From contig JALMLS010000436.1 in NCBI GenBank assembly GCA_038496445.1, positions 1 through 64,000 on the forward strand: DNA of 64,000 nt, in the 5' to 3' direction. The DNA is from Trichosphaerium sp. ATCC 40318. Taxonomy: Eukaryota; Protista; Tubulinea. Positions 25,123-38,229 of this stretch are shown in pieces (position 1 is the stretch's first letter; each line of letters starts with the position of its first letter). The translations under genes and the position numbers were made by a program. A model generated the notes under the pieces. It was not told the origin of the DNA. It did no database searches and saw nothing but the letters and a program-made list of their open reading frames with translations.

Positions 25123-26686
25123 ATGGAATCTAAAAGAGAGCTATTAGGCCTTCCTCTGGAAGTATTACTCACAGTATTACGCCACGTGCCCGCGTTTTCG
25201 TTGATACGCTCGTTACCTGTATCTAGAGCGTGGACGATAATCATAATGTCCTCACCAGAACTAAAAGTGCGTAATACCTCTGATTAGTGTTAAACTCGTC
25301 AAACATCCTCAAAGAGGCATTACCTAACTATTGGCATTTAGAGCGTTCAATTTTATACAAAACCTCTCTGCTCTGGCTTTTTTATTCTCCGAGAAAGTCG
25401 TCACCACATTCGAGTCGGTGAGTGTTCAACACAAGAATAACACGTGATTAATCACTGACCTATTTGACATTTCATGTTGGCAATGAAAAAAACTTCCGTG
25501 TTCACGTGACAGTGAATACAATATTCATGGCTTTTTGACATAACTGTAGGTACATTCAGCCTACTATTTGGAAGGCGCTACTTTGTGTGTTTGACAAGAT
25601 CACAACTACTTGTTTACGAAACAGAAAAAAAGGTATGGAGAAACAATGTTTCAACAGATCTAAACTAATTTGTTATCGAAATATAGACTACGTTATTTGT
25701 TGCAATCCCATTTGAAAGAGCACATGTCTATGTTCGAACAGCTCAACTACAATGTGATACAGTTAAAAATGGTCATTACTGTTCTCTAAGGTTTTATGTA
25801 CCAAAGCTGGGAAGGGGTTATATTCCTGACATGAAAACCTGGTCTGATTATGTACTAAAGCTGTATGCTACTTTTAACCATATAAATCTCTTGTTTCGGC
25901 TTTGTAGACGAGCGAGTGCTCTATTGACAACACTTGAGGTCCTAAATTTGTTTCTTTTAGCTAATAGGTTTCTTAGCAAACATCGTACTCCTGAGAGGAA
26001 AATTCTTGTTCTAGGGAGTGAAGGAGTTGGCAAAACTAAATTTATCGAGAGATATGTCAAAGGTAGTCTATCAAATGAACATTATAAACCGACTATTGCT
26101 GTTGCAAAGGTACTCGCTCAAAAGATTTTTATGTAAATCACGTGCTTGAACATGTTATAACCTTCTTCTATTAGAGTGTTAAACATTCTGAATACACATA
26201 CAAAGAACTAGCATATAGAGCGAAATTAAACATATGGGATCTGAGCGGAGACTTAGCATACAATGTAAGGCCACATAGGTTCTTTGAAGCACACATTTCA
26301 CTTCTACTAACATGGCTTCAGAAAAGATCTATTAGATGGAGCTATCTTAGAGACTCTTCAGGTTTGATTCACGTGTTTGATATTACAGATGTGAGTTCGT
26401 TCGAAACAACACAAGCGCTGCTGGAATACTTTCATAAATCTACAATAGCTGTATTGATTGTAGGTAACAAAGTGGACCTAGAAAAAAATAGGAAAGTTTC
26501 TAGATATCAAGGGCAAGATCTTGCGCTAAAGTTTAATGCAGTCTATATTGAAACATCTGCAACAAAGGATATTAATGGTACAATAGCTAGTTTTACTTGT
26601 ACTGATTTTTTTCAACAGTCACACCATGTTTTGATATTGTAGAACGCCTTGCTGTAAAGAAAGAAAAATGGAGACTACCTTTTTGA
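25123..26686 (+). CDS. F-box - PH - Ras/Rab-like GTPase fusion protein
   Basis: Spliced model: MESKRELLGLPLEVLLTVLRHVPAFSLIRSLPVSRAW (F-box); PLCSGFFILRE..GRRYFVCLTRSQLLVYE..IPF..DMKTW (PH-like); KILVLGSEGVGKT, YKPTI, WDLSG, VGNKVD, ETSA (G1-G5); ends KWRLPF* with no CaaX. Confidence 0.75.
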
Positions 26687-26834
26687 GTGGGATGTGGTGT
26701 TGCTGCTCCATGATGTTATAAGGTTTGTAGGTTGTTGTTGTTGTTGATTTATGTGAAGTCAACTGAAGTTTACCCAAACGTCTGTGACGGAGTAAAACAC
26801 GTGACAGCCAGTAAATTAACAATTAAATCACAAA

Positions 26835-27190
26835 GTATCTTTCTTGTGTGCCAAACATCGACTGGTCTGCCGTATCCAGTCTTTCCTGTGCTTGTCTCAT
26901 ACAAGAACGCTAACTCTGGAGCAATGTACAAGACACTATAGACGTTACGCTCCGTTCAATATTGTACCTTTCCATAACTCCTTTAACACGCTATCATCCT
27001 CTACTTGCTAAAAAACAAAAGTGAACAAATGCAGGAATCAATTCGTGATAAACATGCTTGGCAGGTAATTAACCATTTTAAGACCAAATGTTGTGTGTTA
27101 TCCTTTACCATAATACCCTCTTCTTTCAACACGCCCTTTTCAAAGTATTCCTTGAACTCTCCTTCTCTTCTGTAACATAGTAACAATTTA
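26835..27190 (-). pseudogene. Gene-fragment mosaic: MORN-repeat remnant plus protein kinase remnant
   Basis: REGEFKEYFEKGVLKEEG (MORN) at about 27100-27170; YIAPELAFLY..GYGRPVDVW (kinase subdomains VIII-IX) at about 26845-26935; no complete frame. Confidence 0.5.
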
Positions 27191-27470
27191 TCCTAAATTG
27201 ACAAACAGGTACCACTACAAGGATTGTTTTAGAATGGGAAGACAAACTACTTGATAAGAGGTACATACAACACAGGTGGTTGCAGTGTTTCAGAGTTCTA
27301 AGCTTGTTTACTTTATGAAAGTACCTTCACGTGTTTGGAGAAGTGAATGAATAAAAAATCATGGTTGGAGACTACCGTTTTTGCTTTTCACCTGATAAAT
27401 TTTCACATTCAACTCGCACATTAAGAACAACAAGCTTGAGGTTTATGTCTTTATTGGAAATCTATTACAA

Positions 27471-28722
27471 TTACAAGTATTGAAGGTTACAAAATGCGAC
27501 AATACATAAAAAGTAAACCAAACAAACAGAGGAAGCCAATTTTACAGAGCTTGACGCTACATTGGTTGGTGCTGTTGTAGGAGTCGAAGAAGCTGTTAGT
27601 GTTGTTGTTGATTGAGTTGGAGCTAGCGTAGAAGGTTGTTGTGTGGTCAAAGTTATTGGAACAATAGGAGCTGAAGTACTTGGAGAAAGGGTTGATGGAG
27701 ATAAAGTAGTTGGAAACTTGGTCACAGGAGACAGCGTTGTAGGAGGTAGCGTAGTAGGAGGAAGTGTTGTAGGAGCTACTGTAGTTGGAAAAGCAGTAGT
27801 AGGAGTCAAGGTAGTAGGAGGTAGCGTTGTAGGAGGTAGCGTGGTAGGAGGTAGTGTAGTAGGAGGTAGTGTGGTAGGAGGCAGCGTGGTAGGAGGTAGC
27901 GTTGTAGGAGGTAGTGTGGTAGGAGGTAGTGTTGTAGGAGGTAGCGTTGTAGGAGGTAGCGTTGTGGGTGGTAGTGTGGTAGGTGGAAGTGTTGTAGGAG
28001 CTAGCGTTGTAGGAGGTAGTGTGGTAGGAGGAAGTGTTGTAGGTGCTATCGTGGTAGGAGGTATAGGCACGTACAGAAATTCAGAACTGAAGCTACCCTG
28101 TGGGATGAATTGAGGTTTAAGTGTAAAACTAAGAATATCAGAATTAAAGAAGAAAGCACTAAACATACGAGAATGTGGTGCGACAGCTAAGTTAGACGAC
28201 TTTAGATATAACCCTAACAAATCAAATTAAAGAGGAGGCGATAAACTAACTTAGATGCACGAAAACGTACCTGTAACAATAGCATTATTCATCACACAAG
28301 TAAATATTAAGTCAAAGTCGTTATTCCTAGGTTGATTTTCATTCATCGTGAGGGTTGTTGATGTTGAATCTATGTTTAGTTCAATTGCATAATTACTAAT
28401 CGGGGCAAAATACTCCGTTGCACTATCAGATACTATGAAGTTTGGGTTGTTTGGTTCAGATGAGTTATCAAGTAAATCAAAAAAAGCACCAGCTTGTACT
28501 ATTGCAGTGCATCTACCACCTTCACCAACATCTAAAAAGAATTAGTTTTATTTATTGCACTAGTCTTCTGTGTGTCATGGTAACAGCAACTATATTGAAC
28601 CCACACCATAACTGTGGTGTTCAAAAAGCTGACGTGACCCACACTTTAGTTGTCGTACTTAGTGATAGCGTTAGAGCACATAGCGTTGATAGTATTAGAC
28701 AATATAGACTTGCTTTAATCAT
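27471..28722 (-). CDS. PPTTL-repeat mucin-like, probably GPI-anchored surface protein, copy A
   Basis: Signal peptide MIKASLYCLILSTLCALTLS; small globular N-domain; long (L/F)PPTT repeat stalk; C-terminal ASSS + hydrophobic tail. Confidence 0.8.
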
Positions 28723-29880
28723 TGTGAAATAGTTAATTTTATGCCAATAATAGAATTTAACAACTTTACAAAAATAACTTTAAAATTATTTTACGGGCAG
28801 TATACTAATCGCATATTTCACGGGGCAGCAGTGTTTATACTAATCGCATATTTCACGGGGCAGCAGTGTTTATACTAATCGCACATTATCAGCCATTGGT
28901 GGGTATAGTGTGCCAAAACATTTGAAATTTCGGTAGATTTTGCACCCGATTATCCAATTCTCAAAAAATTAAGAGGTGGGTATAGCTCATGAACGGTTCC
29001 AGCATAAAAAAAAAAAAATCTTATTTTCCGATAACCGCTAAAAACAGATACCCATAATCAAATCAAGACCGTTTCCACTCAATACAAGTTTTTCGGTATT
29101 GTTGCCGAAATTAGATTTGCACTAACCGCCATTGAGGAGTAAGTTAAACGGGGTAGGCAGAGCAACAATACCAAAATGGTATGCCGATAAGCTAAAAATA
29201 AGTATTTTCTGACTGTGGTTAGTTTGTGTGATAACCAAATTGGTGTGAAACTCACCAAAGGTACCAAGCTAAATAAAAAAAAGCAAACTATTACTGGGCA
29301 CCAATGTGCTAAAAAAACTCGAGAGTGGTTTTTTGTTTTCTTCCAAAATTCCTGATAAAAGCTCACACTACCAGTAGATATAGTGCGGTAAAGTCTTGGT
29401 GAAAGGGCTATATATGGCGTTTAACAGCTAATTTCAATAGCTCATTAATTGCAAGAAGAAGCTCAAAACGTAATGAATTCAAGTAAAAAGCCCTTTGAGC
29501 GTGTTGAGTTGCCAAAACGCAGTTTTTTCGTGATGTGGTTTCAACAGTGAGCAACGATCTACTTGCGCTTGAAACGCAATAAACAAGCCTCATTACAAAA
29601 TTCAAGTGCCAATAATAACCCGTGAGTTATGGAAGCGCGTCCAAAGCCCTGAAACAAATTGCATTCAAACCGAAAAGCGTTGAGGGTTTTTGTTTTGAGT
29701 TTCCCAAACAGTTTACTGAACGTGAAAGTGACCAAATGATACAATTACGCATAGAAATCACGCTATCTAGATAGCGTGATTTTGGGTTATCATTGTTAGT
29801 TTAGCTTGTTTGAAAAAGCACGCTAAAAAAGGAAATACTGCGCAAAATCCATGGTTTTTTGCTACATTTTTACACCCACT
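28723..29880. repeat. Shared non-coding upstream repeat, copy A
   Basis: Alignable by eye to 32390-33300 (same orientation) and 39198-40544 (inverted); contains about 35-bp tandem units near 28793-28885 and a perfect 28-bp palindrome at 29755-29782. Confidence 0.85.
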
Positions 29881-30002
29881 TTAGGTATGAGTTATGCTAG
29901 CTTGTAATCCATCTAACAACAACGCCGTAATCATTCTACTCAGCACTTCGGTTGCCTCATCTATTAGCACCTGCAATTGAGAAAAGTACATCTGAATCAG
30001 AC

Positions 30003-30125
30003 AACTGCACGTTCCAGTTGAGATTCATATCGATATTATCGATTTAGACTCATTACATTTGCCGCTTCTTTCGAAACACAGCAGACCACAAGATTTAATG
30101 ATGAAATGGAGGTATACTGGCCGAC
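30003..30125 (+). pseudogene. Truncated paralog of the N-terminus of the 22.3-kb F-box-MORN gene
   Basis: QLHVPVEIHIDIIDLD..PLLSK; DNA similar to the reverse complement of 23445-23550. Confidence 0.65.
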
Positions 30126-30299
30126 TGTCAGCAAGGTCTACATATAGCAAAATTACTGTTATTATCTAGCAAAGCGTGAAGGAATGTAGGACTAACTGTT
30201 TTTTATAGAAAGTTTGTAACATCCATACAATCACAAGAAGGTCCCAAAGTCCACAATACTCGCAAGGATTACCACTACCGGTAACAACATATTCAAACT

Positions 30300-30870
30300 C
30301 TTTGATTAGTTTCTTGTAATTCGTTTTCTTTGCATTTAAAATACAGTATGTCCAAGTACGTGCTGTTGATTTCGCTCGAAGAGCAAGAAGTTGATTTCGT
30401 AAGCTCCTGTTTTTTGTTTCTGGCTTCTGTGTTGTCGTTTCCAACCAGCCAGTATAAGATCTATCTATAGATAGTTGTACCTCAGGGATCGGTGATGTGT
30501 AGGTACGCCATGACATATACCAAGTTGAGCAAGTCGTCTGAAGGACGGTACTTGTGGATTGCATTTGGGTTGAAATTTTGCAGAAGTTTGAAATCAGCAA
30601 ACTTTAGCCCTCCTTCAATAGTCAACGGCGCACCAGTCTTTACAGATTATCCCAATCTATCAGGAGGGGCTCATTTGTATCACCATTAATCACAATATTA
30701 GATACTGAAATATCTCTAAGAAAATAGTAAGAATATTGAAGTTTCACGTGATAAAACACTTTTTAAGAAAAATAAGAGCGTACCAACTGAGGAACACCAT
30801 CTGCCTGCTAATTTCTTTAAGGACTTAATCTCACTATTTATGGCGTCTCTATGGTGATCAGCAGTTCGCC
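30300..30870 (-). pseudogene. Degenerate protein kinase (FunK1/Crinkler-kinase-like) fragment
   Basis: EIKSLKKLAG..GVPQL; RDISVSNIVI; LLIDWD; YRPSDDLLNLVY, with stops and frameshifts. Confidence 0.6.
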
Positions 30871-30990
30871 AGACCATCTCCATAATAACTTGATACAGGT
30901 TCCTCTGAAGTGCAAGGGCGTTCAACCTTTAAAGTATCAATATACGAATTGACAATTGGAGCCACTTCTGCTGGCAACTGTGGTGACGTT
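30871..30990 (-). repeat. Near-identical 120-bp copy of an internal piece of the gene at 36727-37449
   Basis: Matches about 36998-37118 nearly base for base. Confidence 0.9.
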
Positions 30991-31234
30991 ACTATCCATT
31001 TGAAATGTACAAATCCATATGTGGCAGTTTTAACAAGATGGTGCTAGCTTAATTGGCAGGTAAGATAACCACTGTCTCTTGTATTAAGACTATACTTAAC
31101 TCTCACTCTTATGTTGTAGCGAAACTTTTTACAAGTCATGTTGTTATACTTTACATCACGGTCTTTATCTTTTTATCGCACAGAAAGAACAACAAGCTTG
31201 AGTTTTTTTTGTCTTTATTGGAAATCTATTACAA

Positions 31235-32389
31235 TTACAAGTATTGAAGGAGGTTACAAAATGCGACAATACATAAAAAGTAAACCAAACAAACAGAGGA
31301 AGCCAATTTTACAGAGCTTGATGCTTCATTGGTTGGTGCTGTTGTAGGAGTCGAAGAAGCTGTTAGTGTTGTTGTTGATTGAATTGGAGCTAGCGTAGAA
31401 GGTTGTGTGGTCAAAGTTATTGGAACAATAGGAGCTGAAGTACTTGGAGAAAGGGTTGATGGAGATAAAGTAGTTGGAGAGTTGGTCACAGGAAACAGCG
31501 TTGTAGGAGCTACTGTAGTTGGAAAAGCAGTAGTAGGAGTCAATGTAGTAGGATGTAGCGTTGTAGGAGGTAGCGTTGTAGGAGGTAGCGTTGTAGGCGG
31601 TAGCGTTGTAGGAGGAAGTGTTGTAGGAGGTAGTGTGGTAGGAGGAAGTGTAGTAGGCGGAAGTGTTGTAGGAGGAAGTGTTGTAGGTGCTGTCGTGGTA
31701 AGAGGTATAGGCACGTACAGAAATTCAGCACTGAAGTTACTCAGTGGGATGAATTGAGGTTTAAGTGTAAAACTAAGAATATCAGAATTAAAAAGAAGAA
31801 AGTGCTAAACATACGAGAATGTTGTAGTATTGAAGGTAATATCTGCCGGTGCGACAGGTAAATTAGACGACTTTAGATATAACCCTAACAAATCAAATTA
31901 AAGAGGAGGCGATAAACTAACTTAGATGCACAAAAACGTACCTGTAACAATAGCATTATTCATCACACAAGTAAATAGTATGTCGGTGTTTAGATTCCTA
32001 GATCGTGTTTGAAACAACGAGAAGGTTGTTGATGTTGAATCTATGTTTAGTTAATACACATATCTACCAACTGGGGCTATATACTCCGTTGCACTATCAG
32101 ATACTATGAAGTTTGGGTTGTTTGGTTCCAGAGAGGGGCTAAGCACATTTATAGTAGAACCATCTATTATTGCAGTGCATTTACCACCTTCGCCAACATC
32201 TAAAAAGAATTAGTTTTCTTTATTGCACTCCTTCTTTGTGTCAAGGTAACAGCACTATATCGAACCCACAGCAAAACTGCCGAGTGTTCAAAAAGCTGAC
32301 CTTACCCACACTTTAGTTGTCGTACTTAGTGATATCGTTAGAGCACATAGCGTTGATAGTATTAGACAATATAGAGTTGCTTTAATCAT
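31235..32389 (-). pseudogene. PPTTL-repeat surface protein, copy B, with an in-frame stop
   Basis: Same exon structure as copies A and C; TAA at 32051-32053 where copies A and C have GAA. Confidence 0.75.
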
Positions 32390-33300
32390 TGTGAAATAGT
32401 TAATTTTATGCCAATAATAGAATTTAACAACTTTACAAAAATAACTTTAAAATTATTTTACGGGCAGTGTTTATACTAATCGCATATTTCACGGGCAGCA
32501 GTGTTTATACTAAAATCGCACATTATCAGCCATTGGTGGGTATAGTGTGCCAAAACAATTGAAATTTTCGGTAGATTTATCCAATTCTCATAAAATTAGA
32601 GGTGGCTATAGCTCATGAACGGTTCCAGCTATCAAAAAAAAGTTGATTGTTGTTTTCGGATAACCGCTAAAAACAGATTACCCATATTCAATCAAGACCG
32701 TATTTCAGTGTGTTTCAGCCATGGTTTACCCAATAATAGTTTCAAAAATAGCTTTAATTATTGGATTTTGGTTTGAACTACATGCCAAAATGGTAAAAAT
32801 ATCCACTAAATTTGAAATGCAAGTTTTCAGTTTTATTTCGGTAAGCTTTCGGTATTGGTGCCTAAATTAGATTTGGTCATTTTTCTAACCGCCATTGTGT
32901 ATTTTTCATGCTACTACCAAATTGGTGGTGAAACTACTCACTGGCATTTTTTTTTCACGGAAAATTGGCCAAAACAACACCCTTTCTGATTAAAAGCTCC
33001 ATAAACCCACAGTAGCAGTACCTGTTGTAGATAGTAGTGCGCTAAAGTCTTGGTGAAAGGGTTATGGCTTTGAACAAGCTAATATGTCAAATAAACAAGA
33101 ATAACTCATTAATCGCACGAAAAAGGCTCAAAACGTAATGAATTCAAAGTAAAAAAACCCCTTTTGAGCGTTTTCAGCGTGTTGAGTTGCCTAACTGCGT
33201 TTTCTTGTGATGTGATTTTCAACAGTGAGCAAAACGACCTACTTACGCGTGAAACGATCTACTTACGCGTGAAACGCAATAAACAAGCCTCATATTTCAA
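32390..33300. repeat. Shared upstream repeat, copy B (truncated distal end)
   Basis: High similarity to 28723-29600 and to the reverse complement of 39480-40544. Confidence 0.85.
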
Positions 33301-33453
33301 AATTTAACTGTCCGAGTTTTCTTATTCATTGCTTCCAGCGAAAGTCGGGTTCTTGTCCCAAGCGTAGCAAATTTCCGACTGAACGCGAAAAAGTCATTTA
33401 CTCACTTGCGTCTCCTTCTAAAACAACACCTTTTTCGGTTGGTTTTCGGCATC

Positions 33454-34337
33454 ATGTTGGTATTGTTTCGGTGTAAGCTTTCGGTAATTGTATAGGTAAC
33501 TTTGTGTAGTAGTATACTAGTAAACTATGTTTTATTGTTTAGATGACATTGCAAAGCACCACAATTTGAAGTGTCTTATCTATTATATACAAGCAGCTAT
33601 CACATGTCAAGCACAACAGACTTATCTCGTACATGCATACAGACACTATGCACACTATTTATTGACAATTACCGCAACTATTTCTTTAGATTATACGTAA
33701 CAGAATATGATCCTGCTATGCGTTCAAGCATCTTTTTTTTTTTGCTTTCGAAGTTATAATTGGTGTTTCTTCTTTGGATGGATGATTGTTTTTTGGTTTA
33801 GTATGAAGTTAGCACCGCCAAATGCAAGAGCAACTATATCAGTTAGATCCCTAGACAACACTGAGATTTGTTCTAGATCCATTGGCCAAGGAATTACTGT
33901 TGGATTTTTTGATGACAATGTGTTTTTTGCAGTGAGCCGAGTGATTTACCGTTACCATCTTGATATCTCTAGCGTAGATAATTGTATAATGGGACCGATA
34001 TTGACTCGTACAATTACACCTCCAATGAACTTACATGGACGTACGTGGTTGTCATATGGTGTACCAGGTTTTTTTTTTCAAAAATTTTAACTCTTTTCCC
34101 ATACATCATCACTCATATCTTATTTGCTTGTTCTAGTGGTAAACTGTGGGGGTACTTTATTGTACCTATCTTCAGCTGATGGTAACATGCGAACATCCTT
34201 ACACATTGCGAAGTTATCTACTCTCTTTTCGGATTGAAATAGATCTATCATTACTTCCACAGCTTGGAGATACAATCCGAAATCCTTATGGTTTAGCTTA
34301 CATAAACCACACTAAAATGAAACAACGTACTCTATAA
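33454..34337 (+). CDS. Hypothetical multi-exon protein
   Basis: Open exons with GT-AG boundaries (MKLAPPNARATISVRSLDNTEICS...); no recognised domain. Confidence 0.3.
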
Positions 34338-34394
34338 GTTATTGAGGCGGAACCTCACACGATATTTATAATCTGTTGAACACGTGACAGAAAA

Positions 34395-36650
34395 ATGCGT
34401 AAGTCAGGCAAAGTATTAGTTGTTGCTGTAATGAACATCGCAATTCTTGCGCTGGTTCTTTGCGTTGTTGCTATAAGAGCTAGAGAGTTTCGTAAGACAT
34501 CAAAATCTTATGTTTCATTGTTTAACATAGTATAATAGGCTGTGATGTCTATGTAGCTCATTTTGGGAACGATTCCAATGTATTATAAGACAAAAATCAG
34601 GTTTTTTTCTTTAATCACGTGTTTATCACAAGTGTAGGCAGATGGCTCAAAAGAACGTCCCTATAGAAGTATTGAAAGAGCAACAACACCTAATAACACC
34701 ACAAACAAAATGCTTGTCGTGTGCGTTGGAGGTAATATTTAAACTCGTTTTGCGTTTCACGTGAATTTATTGAATTGATTTTTCAAACAATATTTAGGGA
34801 ACATAGTGTTCTATGACACTGACCGTGTCACAATACAATGGAACTATTTTCGTACCATCGTATTCAAAGCGGAATATTGGGATCCAAGGCAAACAGAGAG
34901 ACCTATTTTGAAGCGCATGGTACTCAAATATTTCTTGATAAATTCTGACTTTGAATATAGCGATTTAACGTATCAACACCAAAATTTTATCTTGGCTTTA
35001 TAGGTACTCTTTTAGTTTCCTTTGGCTGTTGGTGAATTCTTTTATAGGAATTGATCTTACAATGCAGCAGACCGACATAGTTCGATTGTCACTACCTTCA
35101 CCAAGAAAATCACTAAGAAACCAAGCTACTAACATATTTCTTCTGAATGTTACCTCTAAAGGTCTGATTGCGTTTGATTTCTTTGGACGTGTGGGTAGTA
35201 TATATATTTACAGTAGTATTATAAACCAACTTTCAGTGTTAAGAGGAGGAATGAAATCAACTGTAAGGTTGGAAAGTAGTTTCATACAGTATGCAGAATT
35301 TTACGGTATGTTTTTTTTTTTTGTCTTATCTTTCTAGTCTTGTGCTTACTTAAACATTTCAAGTACCAATACATTATATCAAAAACAGCTATATCGGTGA
35401 CAGACTGTGGTTAGGAATTGCTCAAAGAACTTCTATTACGAACTGTGTGTTTAATCGTGAGCTTTCTGTGGATGGCAAGAGAATGACTATAAACTTGACC
35501 AACAATACTTTTAATCTGATCTCTGAGAATGAATGGACTATTCTACATATAACAGCTATAACAGGATCTGTTCATTTGGAGAACAATACAATAAATCTTG
35601 CAAAGGTAAACATGAAAGAAACACGTGAAAGGAATGAATGATGACTTACTGTGTTTTAGCCTATTGATGCCTATGATCATTATAGCTCAATCATTCTTGT
35701 CAATTATATGGATTTTAGACCAGGTAGAATCTTAGTAACATTGGAAAACCAAGATATTGAACCCAGGCTTCTCAGTGCGTTAAGATCTTACTAATACGTT
35801 GAATGTTTGCATAGAGCTGATACGAAACAGGCACTTGTTTACCTGGTTACAAACATATGAATAGATTGGTTAACTGTAAGCCATGTGGAATGGGAAAGAC
35901 GTCACTTGGCGGTAACAGTACTTGTTTTGACTGTCCTGCAGGTATTAAAGTGCTACGTTAAGATTGAGCCTTAGTTTTTTAAGGCACAGAAGGACGGTTC
36001 TATGCTAATCCAAGGTGTATTCCATGCCAACTAAATGAATTTTCAGAACAGTAAGCTCTTTGTTTATCATTTGTTCTGTTTGACAGCATAAAGGGGAAGT
36101 TATTGCAAGTCTTGTAAATTACCAAACAATTCTACACAATGCATAACTCCAGTAATAGAAAGTACGTAGTTCTAAGAAGAAACTTTCATTTAAACAAACT
36201 ACAAACCACGTGATTATTGAAAGCTATTATTTTTTTATTTTCAACATACTTACAGAATAAACCAAGAGGATGTATTACCATGGACTGTTTTTTATTTGTC
36301 CGTTTTGGGACCAATCGTCATAACAATTATTGTTGTTACATTAGGTCAGTACTATAAAAATTATGACTTTACTTCGCTTCTGATTTTTGTTTGTAGCATT
36401 ATTATATGACTCCCACATTGCCAATATGAATACCTTTACAACCATGGAGTTGCAATAAAGTTAATTAACTCTTTTATATGTTACTTAGTTCTACGAGGAG
36501 GTTTTAAAGACGACAGGATTCTTAGTCTCCAAAAATTCTTTAGTGTATTTTAGATACCAAAAGCACGGAGGAGAATCAGAAACTCAAGAGAGAAATGGTT
36601 GTGTTTGTAAGTACTGACAACTTAGTGCAAGTAATAATACGGGTCCGTAA
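34395..36650 (+). CDS. Type I membrane protein: beta-helix (DUF1565/pectin-lyase-like) plus Cys-rich repeats
   Basis: Signal peptide; VYVAHFGNDS..DGSKERPYRSIERA motif; N-rich beta-helix; CKPCGMGKTS..CFDCPAG..CIPCQLNEFS repeats; TM near 36280-36345; 3' end approximate. Confidence 0.6.
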
Positions 36651-36726
36651 TTTTATTCAGATACTGTAGGAGGTGTAACAAAACAGAATTTATCCTTCAC
36701 TAGAATAAAAGAAGTACGATATGTTA

Positions 36727-37449
36727 TCACAGGCCAAGCAATATGTTCACCAAACTTTCTGCCCATTGATCACTATTGCCTACTTCCTGCAGCATTAAAA
36801 TATCTAACATATATTGAACAGCCTCTGTGGTATCTTCATCTTCACCAAATATGGTTTGTTCATTACAAGTAAGACTATTTTCTTGCCAGCACCCTGATTT
36901 AGTACCAGCGAAATAATCTTGAAACTCTAGGTGCACGTGACCTTTTGGTGTTTTCAATGATACAGCTGAAAATGAAAATCCTGCGCCTAGGTCACCAAGA
37001 CCGTCTCCATAATAACTTGATACAGGTTCCTCTGAAGTGCAAGGGCGTTCAACCTTTAAAGTATCAATATACGAATTGACAATTGGAGCCACTTCTGCTG
37101 GCAACTGTGCTGACGTTTTAAGAAACTCCTTAACTTTCGCTATACGTGCTTTGCTAAGACCACTATGTTGTAGGTTTTGTATAACCAGATCTTGTACTTT
37201 TTTATCGTCTTGCAATAGACCAAGAGATACACCGTTCATATTAAAAGAAAACATATTTTTTATAAGTTCCGTGGCGTAAATATCAGCAAGGCGGATGCAA
37301 ATTACATGGTCAATTGGATAGGAAAATTTTAGTTGTGCTGCCTTTGGTATATCGCTGTCAGGTAGTTGTTGGCATGCCAATGTTGTTAATTTTTCTATCC
37401 ACCGTTTTTTGGCTGGCGGAGCACCCTCTTGTCCTTGTGAGCGTTTCAT
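36727..37449 (-). CDS. Intronless hypothetical protein with an N-terminal NLS-like PPAKKR
   Basis: 240-aa ORF with ATG; no recognised domain. Confidence 0.6.
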   Translation of the reverse strand: MKRSQGQEGAPPAKKRWIEKLTTLACQQLPDSDIPKAAQLKFSYPIDHVICIRLADIYATELIKNMFSFNMNGVSLGLLQDDKKVQDLVIQNLQHSGLSKARIAKVKEFLKTSAQLPAEVAPIVNSYIDTLKVERPCTSEEPVSSYYGDGLGDLGAGFSFSAVSLKTPKGHVHLEFQDYFAGTKSGCWQENSLTCNEQTIFGEDEDTTEAVQYMLDILMLQEVGNSDQWAESLVNILLGL

Positions 37450-38229
37450 TATCCTTTAGTTGTTGTATTCAAGAGCAAAAATTAATGAATAATAAAATAT
37501 TGTACAGTAGTTTGACCTAGCTTGAAGAAAAAGTGATTGATTTTACTTCCAGGAATGAACGTTGGCACGTTTTTCTGAAGCATAATTATTCCTTCAACGA
37601 TCACTTTTCCACAAATTCTCAGAAGGCAATCTGTGTTACACAGAAACAAAAATGTTAAGGTCGTCTCAATAAAGAGGCTTACTTGAAAAAATGCTGTAGT
37701 TTCATGTGCATTGCCTAACAGCAAATAATGTGTCTTCATGTGAGATTCAAGGTATCTAAATCAAGTATTTAAGTAACGTTCACAGATTGTCGGAAACTAC
37801 CTGAGTTTCAGTTGGACGTTTTATTTTGCTTTAGCGTTTAGTTTATTGGTCCCTTATACCAAGCGATAAATACTTTGGTCTTTTAGGAGACTGCTTGATA
37901 GCATGTTTTGTCATTGTTGTCCGTATCATTCAAGTTTGCAACGTTTTGGCCGAAGAAGTATCAAAGTGTAAGATCTTGCAAGATCTGTCAGCTCTTGTCA
38001 GTTTGCTAGTTCTTGTAAGTTCCGTCAGATCTGTTAAAAAGTTGAAGATCCAGCGCAAGGTGGATGCATCACATTCCACCACTCCAGTCAATGTACCTTG
38101 CTTACGTACCTTAAGGCAAGAAAAAATATGGATGAATATGTAATCATTTCAGGCGTTTGAATTCGTGAGACCGAAGCTCAACATTGATCTCAACAGAAGA
38201 CACATTAACTCAATTAACTATGGCTAATA

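Noticed and set aside
27730-28060. Regular 15-bp repeats resembling a CRISPR array or minisatellite
   Set aside because: No unique spacers; codon-level variation of a protein repeat; eukaryotic context
27643-28113. VVGGS-repeat ORFs (also 31407-31757, 41180-41500) and the G/V-rich ORF 13697-14188
   Set aside because: Antisense shadows of PPTTL or Pro/Thr-rich coding repeats
32051-32053. In-frame TAA as evidence of a variant genetic code
   Set aside because: TAA, TAG and TGA all end conserved genes here (NOP10, FMO, F-box-PH-Ras); a simple nonsense mutation is more likely
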